Shown: positions 1 through 7,956 of the stretch, piece by piece
Layout: each line of letters starts with the position of its first letter
Numbering within the stretch: position 1 is the stretch's first letter
Virus record (IMG/VR): IMGVR_UViG_3300042252_000041
Span: 1-24,852 of that record
From: a virus
Lineage: Duplodnaviria; Caudoviricetes
Length of the DNA: 24,852 bases
Reading direction: 5' to 3' (one strand)
Notes under the pieces: generated by a model
Told to the model about the DNA's origin: nothing
The model's database searches: none
Seen by the model: the letters and a program-made list of their open reading frames with translations, nothing else
Position numbers and translations under genes: made by a program

Positions 1-2
1 CC

Positions 3-227
3 ACGATCCGCGCTGGGGTGAACTCGCGGCCCGAGGGCAGCGACCTGCGAAAGGCCCTCGACGAGGGCCGGCCGATCCACCCCAACTCGCCCGAGCTCCT
101 GCGGCTGCTGTTCCGGGCCGGCCTCAAGAACAAAGAGGACGGCCTGGTCACCGGGGACGCGACGCAAGGCGGCCCGTCCAGTTGGGGGCGGACGCTCTAC
201 CCCAACCAGTCGCAGAAGGACGCTTAG
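3..227 (+). CDS. Capsid scaffolding protein, C-terminal part (5' truncated by window)
   Basis: Frame is open from the window edge; ends 3 nt before the capsid ATG; N-x-P-E-L-L-R-L...E-D and C-terminal LYP motifs are typical of scaffolds preceding this capsid family. Confidence 0.6.
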   Translation, partial: TIRAGVNSRPEGSDLRKALDEGRPIHPNSPELLRLLFRAGLKNKEDGLVTGDATQGGPSSWGRTLYPNQSQKDA

Positions 228-230
228 ACC

Positions 231-1229
231 ATGGCTGTCGTCGGAAACACCTACCTGACCCTCGCGGACCTGTTCGCGCGCCAGGACGACTCCAAGCAGA
301 TCGCGGCCATCATCGAGATGCTCGCCGAGATCAACCCGATCATGCAGGACATGCCCGTGATGGAGTGCAACTCCGGCACGCGGCACCTGACCACGGTGCG
401 CACCGGCCTGCCCTCGGCCACCTGGCGCAAGCTCTACGAAGGCGTCCAGCCTTCGAAGTCGACGACCCGCCAGGTCTACGACACCGTCGGCTCCCTGGAG
501 GCCTGGTCGGAGATCGACGCCAAGCTGGTCGAGATCTCCAACGACGCGGCGGCGACCCGCCTGTCGGAGGCGCAGGCCTTCATCGAGGCGCTCTCGCAGG
601 AGATGGCCACGACGCTGTTCTACGGCGACACGGCCGCGACCCCCGAGCGCTTCCTCGGCCTGGCGCCGCGCTTCAACGACAGCACCGCCGAGAACGGCAG
701 CCAGATCGTCAAGGCTGGCGGGTCCGGCAGCGACAACACCTCGATCTGGTTTGTCGTCTGGTCGGAGCGCACCTGCCACGGGCTCTACCCGAAGGGCAGC
801 CGCGCCGGCCTGCAGCGCGACGACAAGGGCAAGCAGGTCAAGGAACTGTCGGACGGCTCGATGTACGACGTCTTCCGCGAGAAGTTCTGCTGGGACCTGG
901 GCTTCTCGGTCCGCGACTGGCGCTACGTCTCGCGCGTCTGCAACATCGACGTCAGCGATCTGTCGAGCGACGCCACGACCGGCGCGGACCTGCACGAGAA
1001 GATGGTCGAGGCCTACTACCGCCTCTACCAGCGCCGGGTGACCGGCGGCACGGCCGCGATCTACTGCAACACCAAGGTCAAGGAGTTCCTGCACAAGCAG
1101 GCGCTCAAGGCCAACAGCAACACCTTCATCCGCCTCAGCGAGGTCGACGGCCAGGAGAAGATGTCCTTCCTGGGCATGCCGATCCGCGAGTGCGACGCGA
1201 TCCTCAACACCGAGGCGACCGTCGCCTGA
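231..1229 (+). CDS. Major capsid protein (HK97 fold, BPP-1 Bbp17/epsilon15 gp7-like), 332 aa
   Basis: Motifs TLAD, IIEML..N.I..D, RTGLP..TWR..Y.GVQPSKS, FLGLAPRF, TSIW.V.W, RDWRY..R..NID, F.G.PIR..DAILNTE; strong GC3 codon bias. Confidence 0.93.
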   Translation: MAVVGNTYLTLADLFARQDDSKQIAAIIEMLAEINPIMQDMPVMECNSGTRHLTTVRTGLPSATWRKLYEGVQPSKSTTRQVYDTVGSLEAWSEIDAKLVEISNDAAATRLSEAQAFIEALSQEMATTLFYGDTAATPERFLGLAPRFNDSTAENGSQIVKAGGSGSDNTSIWFVVWSERTCHGLYPKGSRAGLQRDDKGKQVKELSDGSMYDVFREKFCWDLGFSVRDWRYVSRVCNIDVSDLSSDATTGADLHEKMVEAYYRLYQRRVTGGTAAIYCNTKVKEFLHKQALKANSNTFIRLSEVDGQEKMSFLGMPIRECDAILNTEATVA

Positions 1230-1236
1230 TCAGGCC

Positions 1237-1256
1237 GGGGCGCCTCCGGGCGCCCC
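1237..1256 (+). other. GC-rich hairpin after the capsid stop (mRNA stabiliser or partial terminator)
   Basis: GGGGCGCC-TCCG-GGCGCCCC, 8-bp perfect stem, no U-tract. Confidence 0.6.
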
Positions 1257-1287
1257 ACCCTGGAGCTCGAGCAGAAGGACCAAGAGC

Positions 1288-1716
1288 ATGATCTTCGACA
1301 AGCAGGGCCTGTTCAGCGACGCGCAGGCCATCACCGCCTCGGCGGCCTCCTCCAACGTCATCGACCTCGGCACGACCGGCACCCCGGTCGGCGGCGCGGC
1401 CGCGCTGTCCCGCGACATGGGGCGCAGCATGGTGCCGATCCTGATCCAGGTGGTCGAGGACTTCGCCACGCTGACCAGCCTCAAGGTCGCCGTGCAGGTC
1501 GACACCGTCGAGAACTTCGCCTCGCCGGAGACGGTGCTGGAGAGCGAGGCCATTCCCGTCGCCGACCTGGTCGCCGGCTACATCTTCAACATCGACAAGC
1601 TGCCGCGGCGCACCGACCAGCGCTACGTCCGCCTCTACTACACGGTGGCGGGCTCCAACGCGACGGCCGGCAAGGTTACCGCCGGCGTCGTGACGGCGCA
1701 GCAGCAGAACCCGTAA
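1288..1716 (+). CDS. Capsid cement/decoration protein (Bbp16-like), 142 aa
   Basis: MIFD....FSD.QAITA.A.S.NVIDL start, RYVRLYYTV.G...TAGKVTAG end; directly follows the capsid gene; AAGGA RBS. Confidence 0.88.
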   Translation: MIFDKQGLFSDAQAITASAASSNVIDLGTTGTPVGGAAALSRDMGRSMVPILIQVVEDFATLTSLKVAVQVDTVENFASPETVLESEAIPVADLVAGYIFNIDKLPRRTDQRYVRLYYTVAGSNATAGKVTAGVVTAQQQNP

Positions 1717-1728
1717 GGAGGCGCGCCC

Positions 1729-2040
1729 ATGCACGTGACCGCGACTGCCAAGGGCTACTACGGCCGGATCCGCGAGCCGGGCGACGAGTTCGAGCTCAAG
1801 GCCGCCGGCGACTTCTCGAAGGCCTGGATGGCACCCGCCGACAAGGCCGCCGAGAAGCAGGCCGCCAAGGCGACCGGCGGCAAGAAGGCCAGCGGCGCCG
1901 TTGGCGGCGGCAAGAAGCGCCAGCAGGCCGCGAAGAGCGACGCCGACAAGCCGGCGACGGAACAGCCGCAGGGCACCTCCGCGCCCAAGGCTGCCGAGGG
2001 GGGCACGGGGGATCCCTACGCGGACGGCTTCGACGCCTGA
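1729..2040 (+). CDS. Small phage protein with short N-terminal domain and Ala/Lys-rich tail, 103 aa
   Basis: AAGGAGG RBS; GYYG.IREPGDEF...WM motif seen at this position in related phages. Confidence 0.75.
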   Translation: MHVTATAKGYYGRIREPGDEFELKAAGDFSKAWMAPADKAAEKQAAKATGGKKASGAVGGGKKRQQAAKSDADKPATEQPQGTSAPKAAEGGTGDPYADGFDA

Positions 2041-2051
2041 TCCGCGACCCC

Positions 2052-2088
2052 AGAGGGGGCGGGCGGCGGGTCCGCCCCCTCTTCCTCC
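2052..2088 (+). terminator. Intrinsic terminator/attenuator between head and tail genes
   Basis: AGAGGGGGCGG (2052-2062) pairs with CCGCCCCCTCT (2072-2082); followed by a pyrimidine run with few T. Confidence 0.6.
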
Positions 2089-2103
2089 CGCCGGAGCGCC
2101 GCC

Positions 2104-2763
2104 GTGGCCTACTCGAATGTGCAGATCGCCAACCTCGCCCTGTCGCACGCGAAGTCGCGGGGCGAGATCGCGTCCCTGACCGAGTCGAGCCGCGAAGCCA
2201 AGATCTGCCGGCAGCACTTCGACGTCGCCCGTGACGAGATGCTGCGCGCCCATGATTGGGGCTTCGCGCGGCGCTACATCGCCCTGGCCGCACGTTCCGG
2301 CGAGACGCTCCCGCCCGGCTGGCTCCACGCCTACGGCTACCCCTCCGACTGCCTCGCCGCGCGCAGGCTGCTCCGGCCGGAGCAGCTGTCCAGCGAGGGC
2401 GCAACCTACTGGTCGAGCCAGGACGAGCGCCTCCAGCGGAGCCACCGCGACGAGGCCGAGCGCTTCGAGGTGGCGAGCGACGACGCGAAGACGGGCCGCC
2501 TTATCTTCTGCAACATCGCGCAGCCCTGGCTTCGCTACACCGCGACGGTCACCACCCCCGCCGTCTTCGACCCGCTGTTCGTGGCGGCGATGGCGCTGCA
2601 TCTCGGCGGCCTGATCTCGCCCGGCCTGCACGGCAACGATGACCACAGCAAGGTTCTGCTGCAGCGCGCGGCCGCGAAGGTCAGCGAGGCCGAGGCCGCG
2701 GACGCGAACGAAGTGGCGAGCGAGTCGGGCCGCGACGCCGAGTGGGTGAGGGGCCGCTGGTGA
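2104..2763 (+). CDS. Head-tail adaptor (tail tubular protein A-like), 219 aa
   Basis: S.VQIANLALS, ARD..LR.H.W.FA, W..AY.YPSDCL, FDPLF..A.A..L motifs; GGAG RBS before GTG. Confidence 0.85.
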   Translation: MAYSNVQIANLALSHAKSRGEIASLTESSREAKICRQHFDVARDEMLRAHDWGFARRYIALAARSGETLPPGWLHAYGYPSDCLAARRLLRPEQLSSEGATYWSSQDERLQRSHRDEAERFEVASDDAKTGRLIFCNIAQPWLRYTATVTTPAVFDPLFVAAMALHLGGLISPGLHGNDDHSKVLLQRAAAKVSEAEAADANEVASESGRDAEWVRGRW

Positions 2764-5030
2764 CCAGCTTCCGGCCGACCAAGGCGGCGTTTACCGGCGG
2801 CGTCCTGTCGCCGGCGCTGTTCGGGCGCCTCGACCTGTCGAAGTACGACATCGGCGCCAAGCAGCTGCACAACACGATCGTCCACGCCGAGGGCGGGGCA
2901 TCGAACCGCCCCGGCACCGAGTACGTGATCCGGGCCAACGGGCTGCTGCGCCTGATCCCCTTCGCCTTCTCGGTGCAGCAGACCTATGTGCTGGAGTTCG
3001 GTGACCAGTACATGCGCGTCATCAAGGACGGCGCCGTGGTCACCGAGGCCAGCCAGGCGATCACGGGCATCACCCAGGCCGACCCCGCGGTCGTCTCGAT
3101 CGTCGGCCACGGCTACAGCGATGGCGACTGGATCTACATCGGCGGCGTCGTCGGCATGACCGAGGTCAACGGCAGCTTCTACAGGGTCGCCTCGGCGTCG
3201 ACGGACGCCTTCGCGCTGCAGGATCTCGACGGCAACGACGTCGATTCGACCGGCTGGGGCGCCTACGCCTCGGACGGCGAGGCCGAGCGGGTCTACCAGA
3301 TCGCCACGCCCTACGCGGCGGCGCAGCTGCGGGAGATCAAGTTCACGCAGTCGGCCGATGTCATGTACCTGGCGCACCCGAGCCACGCCCCGCGCTCGCT
3401 CTCGCGCACCGGCCACACCAGCTGGACGCTCGCGGCCCTGACGTTCGGGCCGTCCCTGGCGTCGCCGACCGGCCTGGGCGTCTCCGGCGGCACAGCGGGC
3501 AGCGGGACGCAGTACCAGATCACGGCCGTCGCCGACGAAACGCTCGAGGAAAGCCTGCCGGCGAGCACCTCCTCGGGCAACGTGCCGACCAGCGGCAGCC
3601 CGATCACGCTCAGCTGGTCGGCCGTCGCCGGCGCCGGCAAGTACAACGTCTACAAGAAGGGCGCCGGGCTCTACGGCTTCATCGGCTCGACGGACGGGAC
3701 GAGCTTCGCCGACGACAACATCGCGCCCGACGAAACCGACACGCCGCCGGGCAGCCGCACGGTCTTCGACGGCGCCGGCGCCTACCCCGGCGCGGTCGGG
3801 CTTCACGAGCAGCGCCTCGGCTTCGGCGCGACGGACAACGACCCGCAGAAGAGCTGGCTCTCCAACTCGGCCGAGTACCTCAACTTCAACGTCTCGACGC
3901 CGTCGAAGGACTCGGACGCGGTCACCTTCACGATCGCGGCGCGCCAGGTGAACAAGATCGAGCACTACGTCAGCCTCTCGGACCTGCTCATCCTGACCAG
4001 CGGCGCGGTCTGGAAGGTCAACGGCGGCGACGAGATCGCGGTCACCCCGTCGAACGTCAACGTGAAGCCCCAGAGCTACCGCGGCTGCAGCCCCCTGCCG
4101 CCGCTGCTGGTCGACGACAGCGTGCTCTACGTCGTGCGCGGGCAGCGCCAGGTGCGCGATCTGCAGTACCGGCTCGAGATCGACGGCTACAGCGGCAACG
4201 AGCTCTCGGTCCTGGCGCGGCACCTCTTCGACCGGTCGAGCGGCTCGCGGATCGAGGAGTGGGCGCTCGCCGAGCGGCCCTACGGGATCGTCTGGTGCGT
4301 CCTGGCGGACGGCACCATGGCCGGCCTCACCTACCTCAAGGAACACGACGTCTGGGCCTGGCATACCCACTCGACGGACGGCGAGGTGGTGTCCGTCGCA
4401 TCGGTCGTCGAGGGCGAGGCCGACGACGTCGACGCCGTCTACCTGGCGGTCAAGCGCACGATCGGCGGTCAGGACCGCTACTACATCGAGCGCATGAAAG
4501 AGCGCGACTTCTCAACGGTCGAAGACTGCTTCTTCGTCGACTGCGGCCTCACGTACAACGGGGCCGACGCCACGGAGATCTCTGGCCTCGACCACCTCGA
4601 AGGCAAGACCGTGGCCATCCTGGCGGACGGCGGCGTGCGGCCGCAGCAGGTGGTGACCGGCGGCAGGATCACGCTCTCGCCCGCGGCCGGCAAGGTGCAC
4701 ATCGGCCTGCCCTACGAGGCGGTGATCGAGACGATGCCTATCCAGTTCGCCGAGGGCCAGGTCGCCGGGCGCAAGAAGCGCGCCTCGAATCTGCTGGCGC
4801 GCGTGATCAACACCCGGGAGTTCCGCGCCGGATCCTCGACCGAGAGCACGCTCGAAACGAAGCTGCGCGCGGACGAGGCATGGGGCGAGCCGACGCGCCT
4901 GCTCTCCGACGAGATCAAGATTTACATCGACCCGGCCTGGGAGCGGGACACGACCATCGTGATCGTGCAGGACAACCCGCTGCCGCTGACCGTGCTGTCC
5001 CTCCGGCCTGACCTCGAGCTCGGTGACTGA
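2760..5030 (+). CDS. Tail nozzle (tail tubular protein B-like), about 756 aa
   Basis: GTGA overlap with upstream stop; FTGG.LSP.L.GR.DL.KY, RLIPF.FS..Q.Y.LEFG..YMR, Q.ADV, GLDHLEG.TV.ILADG, Q..PLPLTVL motifs. Confidence 0.9.
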   Translation: MTSFRPTKAAFTGGVLSPALFGRLDLSKYDIGAKQLHNTIVHAEGGASNRPGTEYVIRANGLLRLIPFAFSVQQTYVLEFGDQYMRVIKDGAVVTEASQAITGITQADPAVVSIVGHGYSDGDWIYIGGVVGMTEVNGSFYRVASASTDAFALQDLDGNDVDSTGWGAYASDGEAERVYQIATPYAAAQLREIKFTQSADVMYLAHPSHAPRSLSRTGHTSWTLAALTFGPSLASPTGLGVSGGTAGSGTQYQITAVADETLEESLPASTSSGNVPTSGSPITLSWSAVAGAGKYNVYKKGAGLYGFIGSTDGTSFADDNIAPDETDTPPGSRTVFDGAGAYPGAVGLHEQRLGFGATDNDPQKSWLSNSAEYLNFNVSTPSKDSDAVTFTIAARQVNKIEHYVSLSDLLILTSGAVWKVNGGDEIAVTPSNVNVKPQSYRGCSPLPPLLVDDSVLYVVRGQRQVRDLQYRLEIDGYSGNELSVLARHLFDRSSGSRIEEWALAERPYGIVWCVLADGTMAGLTYLKEHDVWAWHTHSTDGEVVSVASVVEGEADDVDAVYLAVKRTIGGQDRYYIERMKERDFSTVEDCFFVDCGLTYNGADATEISGLDHLEGKTVAILADGGVRPQQVVTGGRITLSPAAGKVHIGLPYEAVIETMPIQFAEGQVAGRKKRASNLLARVINTREFRAGSSTESTLETKLRADEAWGEPTRLLSDEIKIYIDPAWERDTTIVIVQDNPLPLTVLSLRPDLELGD

Positions 5031-5496
5031 GGTCCGCGTCACCTGGGCTGAGCGCGGGCACCTGCCGGCTATCGCCGCCGACATGCGCCTGGCAGACCGG
5101 CGCGAGGTGCAGGCGTCGAGCGGCCTGGATCCGCTGTCGTCGCTACGGTGGAGCCTCGACAACAGCGCGCTCGCCTGGACCGGCTGGGTCGACGGCGAGC
5201 CGGTGGCCATATGGGGCGTCGCGAGCGTGGGCCTCCTGTCCACGCAGGGCGCGCCCTGGCTGCTCGGCACCACGGCCCTGGAGCGCCACCAGATCCCCTT
5301 CCTGCGGCGGAACAAGGCCTTTATCGCCTGCATGCGCGCGCAGTTTGCGACGCTCGCCAACCATGTGGATAATCGAAACACGCTCTCGATGCGGTGGCTG
5401 CGGTGGCTGGGCTTCGAGATCGAGGAGCCGAAGCCCTATGGCGTGCTCCAGCTGCCGTTTCGCCGCTTCACGATGAAAGGGCTGCTCGATGTGTAA
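5023..5496 (+). CDS. GNAT-fold virion assembly protein (T7 gp13-like), 157 aa
   Basis: MR.AD..E, G.PWLLGT, L.N.VD.RN..S.RWL.WLGF motifs; position between nozzle and ejection genes. Confidence 0.82.
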   Translation: MTEVRVTWAERGHLPAIAADMRLADRREVQASSGLDPLSSLRWSLDNSALAWTGWVDGEPVAIWGVASVGLLSTQGAPWLLGTTALERHQIPFLRRNKAFIACMRAQFATLANHVDNRNTLSMRWLRWLGFEIEEPKPYGVLQLPFRRFTMKGLLDV

Positions 5497-6133
5497 CCCC
5501 GCCATACTGGCGGTCGCCTCGATCGCCGCCACGGTGGTCGGTGGAATGATGCAGGCGCAGGGCGCGGCCAATCAGGCGGCGGCGGCGCAGCATGCCATCA
5601 ACATGCAGAACCAAGCCCAGGCGGCACAGTCGGCGGCGCAGACCAAGGTTGATCAGGGGCGCTACGACTACCAGGCGACGGTCGAGCGGAACAACGCCCA
5701 GGCGGCGCGCTACATCGCCGAGGACGAGGTTCACCGCGGCAACGTCGAGGAAAAGCAGTACCGCATGCAGGTCGCCCAGCTGCGGGGGCGGCAGCGCTCG
5801 GTGCTGGCGGCGAGCGGCGTGGCCCTCGACGAGGCCGGCACCAGCGCCATGGACGTGCTCGCCGACACCGACTACCTGGCCGGCAGCGACGTCGGCGTGA
5901 TCCGCTCCAACGCCAAGCGGCGCGCCTACGAGTCCCGCCTGCGCGCCGCCGATCACGAGGCGCAGGCCGGCGCGCTCGACTACGGCGCCGCGGCCGCTCC
6001 GGTCGAGAACTACCGGACGCCCGCCGCCTACACCGGCCCGTCGCCTGGCGCGGCCGCGGCCCCGGCGCTGGTCGGCGCGGCCGGCTCGGTCGCCTCCAAG
6101 TGGTACGGCTTCAAGAAGGAAGGGGTCTTCTAA
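5489..6133 (+). CDS. Small internal virion/ejection protein (T7 gp14-like position), 214 aa
   Basis: MC.P start followed by a hydrophobic Ala/Gly helix; G.QR...AASGV motif; Ala/Gln-rich. Confidence 0.8.
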   Translation: MCNPAILAVASIAATVVGGMMQAQGAANQAAAAQHAINMQNQAQAAQSAAQTKVDQGRYDYQATVERNNAQAARYIAEDEVHRGNVEEKQYRMQVAQLRGRQRSVLAASGVALDEAGTSAMDVLADTDYLAGSDVGVIRSNAKRRAYESRLRAADHEAQAGALDYGAAAAPVENYRTPAAYTGPSPGAAAAPALVGAAGSVASKWYGFKKEGVF

Positions 6134-7956
6134 TGCCCCGCGTCCCTACCGCCAGCGAGGCCGGGCTCGGCCAGCAGACGCCCCAGGCGCTCACGATCCC
6201 GCAGCAGACCAGCCGGCTGCCGCACGTTCGGGTGCCGATGGACGAGTCGTTCCGCTACGTCAGCGGCGAGCAGGGCAGGGCGCTCGAGCGCATGGGCCGC
6301 CAGCTGGATCGCGCCGGCGACGACTTCGGCCGCATCGCAATCGAGCAGCAGCGCGAGTACAACCTGACCGCGGCGAAGGAGGCCGACGCCGCCGCCTCCG
6401 ACCGGATCCGCGCGCTGCTCTACGACCCCACGGAGGGCTTTCTCAACCTACGCGGCCGCGACGCCATGGATCGGGCGCCCGACATCCGCGAGCGGCTGGA
6501 AGCTGTGCGCAAGGACGTCGCTGGGAAGCTGGAGCCCGGCGCCGCCGAGATCTTCGAGCGCTATTGGGAGAACCGGCGCGAGAGCGGCCTCCTGCGGATC
6601 GACAACCACCACGCCAGCGAGATGCGGCGCTGGAAGGACACGGTCAACGAGTCGCTGCTGAAGTCGGCGCTCGACGACGCCGTGGCGGCCGCCGGCGACC
6701 CGGAGATGGTCGGCCAGGCCGAGGGCGCCATCCGCGCCACCGTCGAGGACGTGGGCCGGGACAACGGCTGGACGCAGGACATCGTGGTCCAGCGCACGAA
6801 GGAGGCGCTGACCGAGATGCACAAGGGGGTGGTGACCACCCTGCTCAACGAGAAGCAATACGGCCGGGCGGCGGCGCATCTGCGCGAGGCGATCGCCGAC
6901 GACGAGATCTCCGCGGTCGTGGCGTCGAGCCTCAAGGACAAGATGGAGACGGCGCGCAAGGTGGCGGCCGAAGAGAGCCGGGCGGCGCGCGTGCAGTCGC
7001 AGGTCGACGCCTGGACGGGTGAGGGGCTGTCGACTGCGGAGATGCTGGAGCGCTCGCGGCGCCTGCCGCAGAAGGACCGCGACGAGGCGCGCAAGCGGAT
7101 CCGCTGGGCGGCGCAGGAGCGGGAGATCGCGGAGGAGGAGACGCACGAGGCGGCGCGCGACCGGGCGACGGACATCATCGACGGTGGCGGCCGGCCAGAG
7201 GATATCCCCTTCAGCGACTGGACGGCGCTCACGACCGCCGAGCAGGCGACGCTCGAATCGCGCTGGCGGCGTCGGGTGACCGGCACCGAGCCGGTGACCG
7301 ATGAAGAGCACTTCCAGGAGCTCCTCATCGAGGCGCAGACCGATCCCGAGGCCTTCGCCAAGCGCGACCTGCTCGCCATGCGCGAGAAGCTCGACAACGG
7401 CGACTTCGAGACGGTGCGCAAGCTGCATGCGGCGACCAAGGCAGCGGCCAAGGGCGACCCGGCGCCGGCCGACTTCTCGGTCCTCTCCCAGAAGGAGTCG
7501 ATCAAGATGATGCTCGAGGCGGCCGACATCGAGACGAATCCGAAGCCGGGGTCGGACGAGGCGAAGGCGCTGGCCGAGTTCCACCGGACGCTCGGCCAGC
7601 GGGCCCGCGCCTTCGAGGTGCAGAACGATCGCGAGCCGAATCAGGCCGAGGTCGAGGAGATGGCGCGCGCGCTGCTCTCCGACGTCGCGATCCGCGGCAG
7701 CGAGGGATCGTTCCTGGGCCTCAAGCTCACCGGCCCCGACCGGGCGCGCGTCTACGAGGTGCCGCGCGGCGAGCCGACCTTCGTGCCGGCAGACGAGATC
7801 CCGCCCGGCGACAAAGCCTTGCTGCTGGAAGACGGCCGGGTGCGCGGCAAGAGCCTGACGCCTGGCGACCTCGAGGATCTCTACGCCGCCTACCTCGCCG
7901 GCGACCGCGCCCGCTACGAGGCCATCCTCGAGACGGCGGGCGCTGCCGATGAGTGA
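6133..7956 (+). CDS. Middle internal virion/ejection protein (gp15-like position), 607 aa
   Basis: TAATG coupling with the upstream gene; MPRVP start; helical, charged composition; synteny. Confidence 0.75.
   Translation: MPRVPTASEAGLGQQTPQALTIPQQTSRLPHVRVPMDESFRYVSGEQGRALERMGRQLDRAGDDFGRIAIEQQREYNLTAAKEADAAASDRIRALLYDPTEGFLNLRGRDAMDRAPDIRERLEAVRKDVAGKLEPGAAEIFERYWENRRESGLLRIDNHHASEMRRWKDTVNESLLKSALDDAVAAAGDPEMVGQAEGAIRATVEDVGRDNGWTQDIVVQRTKEALTEMHKGVVTTLLNEKQYGRAAAHLREAIADDEISAVVASSLKDKMETARKVAAEESRAARVQSQVDAWTGEGLSTAEMLERSRRLPQKDRDEARKRIRWAAQEREIAEEETHEAARDRATDIIDGGGRPEDIPFSDWTALTTAEQATLESRWRRRVTGTEPVTDEEHFQELLIEAQTDPEAFAKRDLLAMREKLDNGDFETVRKLHAATKAAAKGDPAPADFSVLSQKESIKMMLEAADIETNPKPGSDEAKALAEFHRTLGQRARAFEVQNDREPNQAEVEEMARALLSDVAIRGSEGSFLGLKLTGPDRARVYEVPRGEPTFVPADEIPPGDKALLLEDGRVRGKSLTPGDLEDLYAAYLAGDRARYEAILETAGAADE

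Noticed and set aside
5438-5476. 12-codon +1-frame ORF (MACSSCRFAASR) after a GAGGAG
   Set aside because: Too short to distinguish from chance
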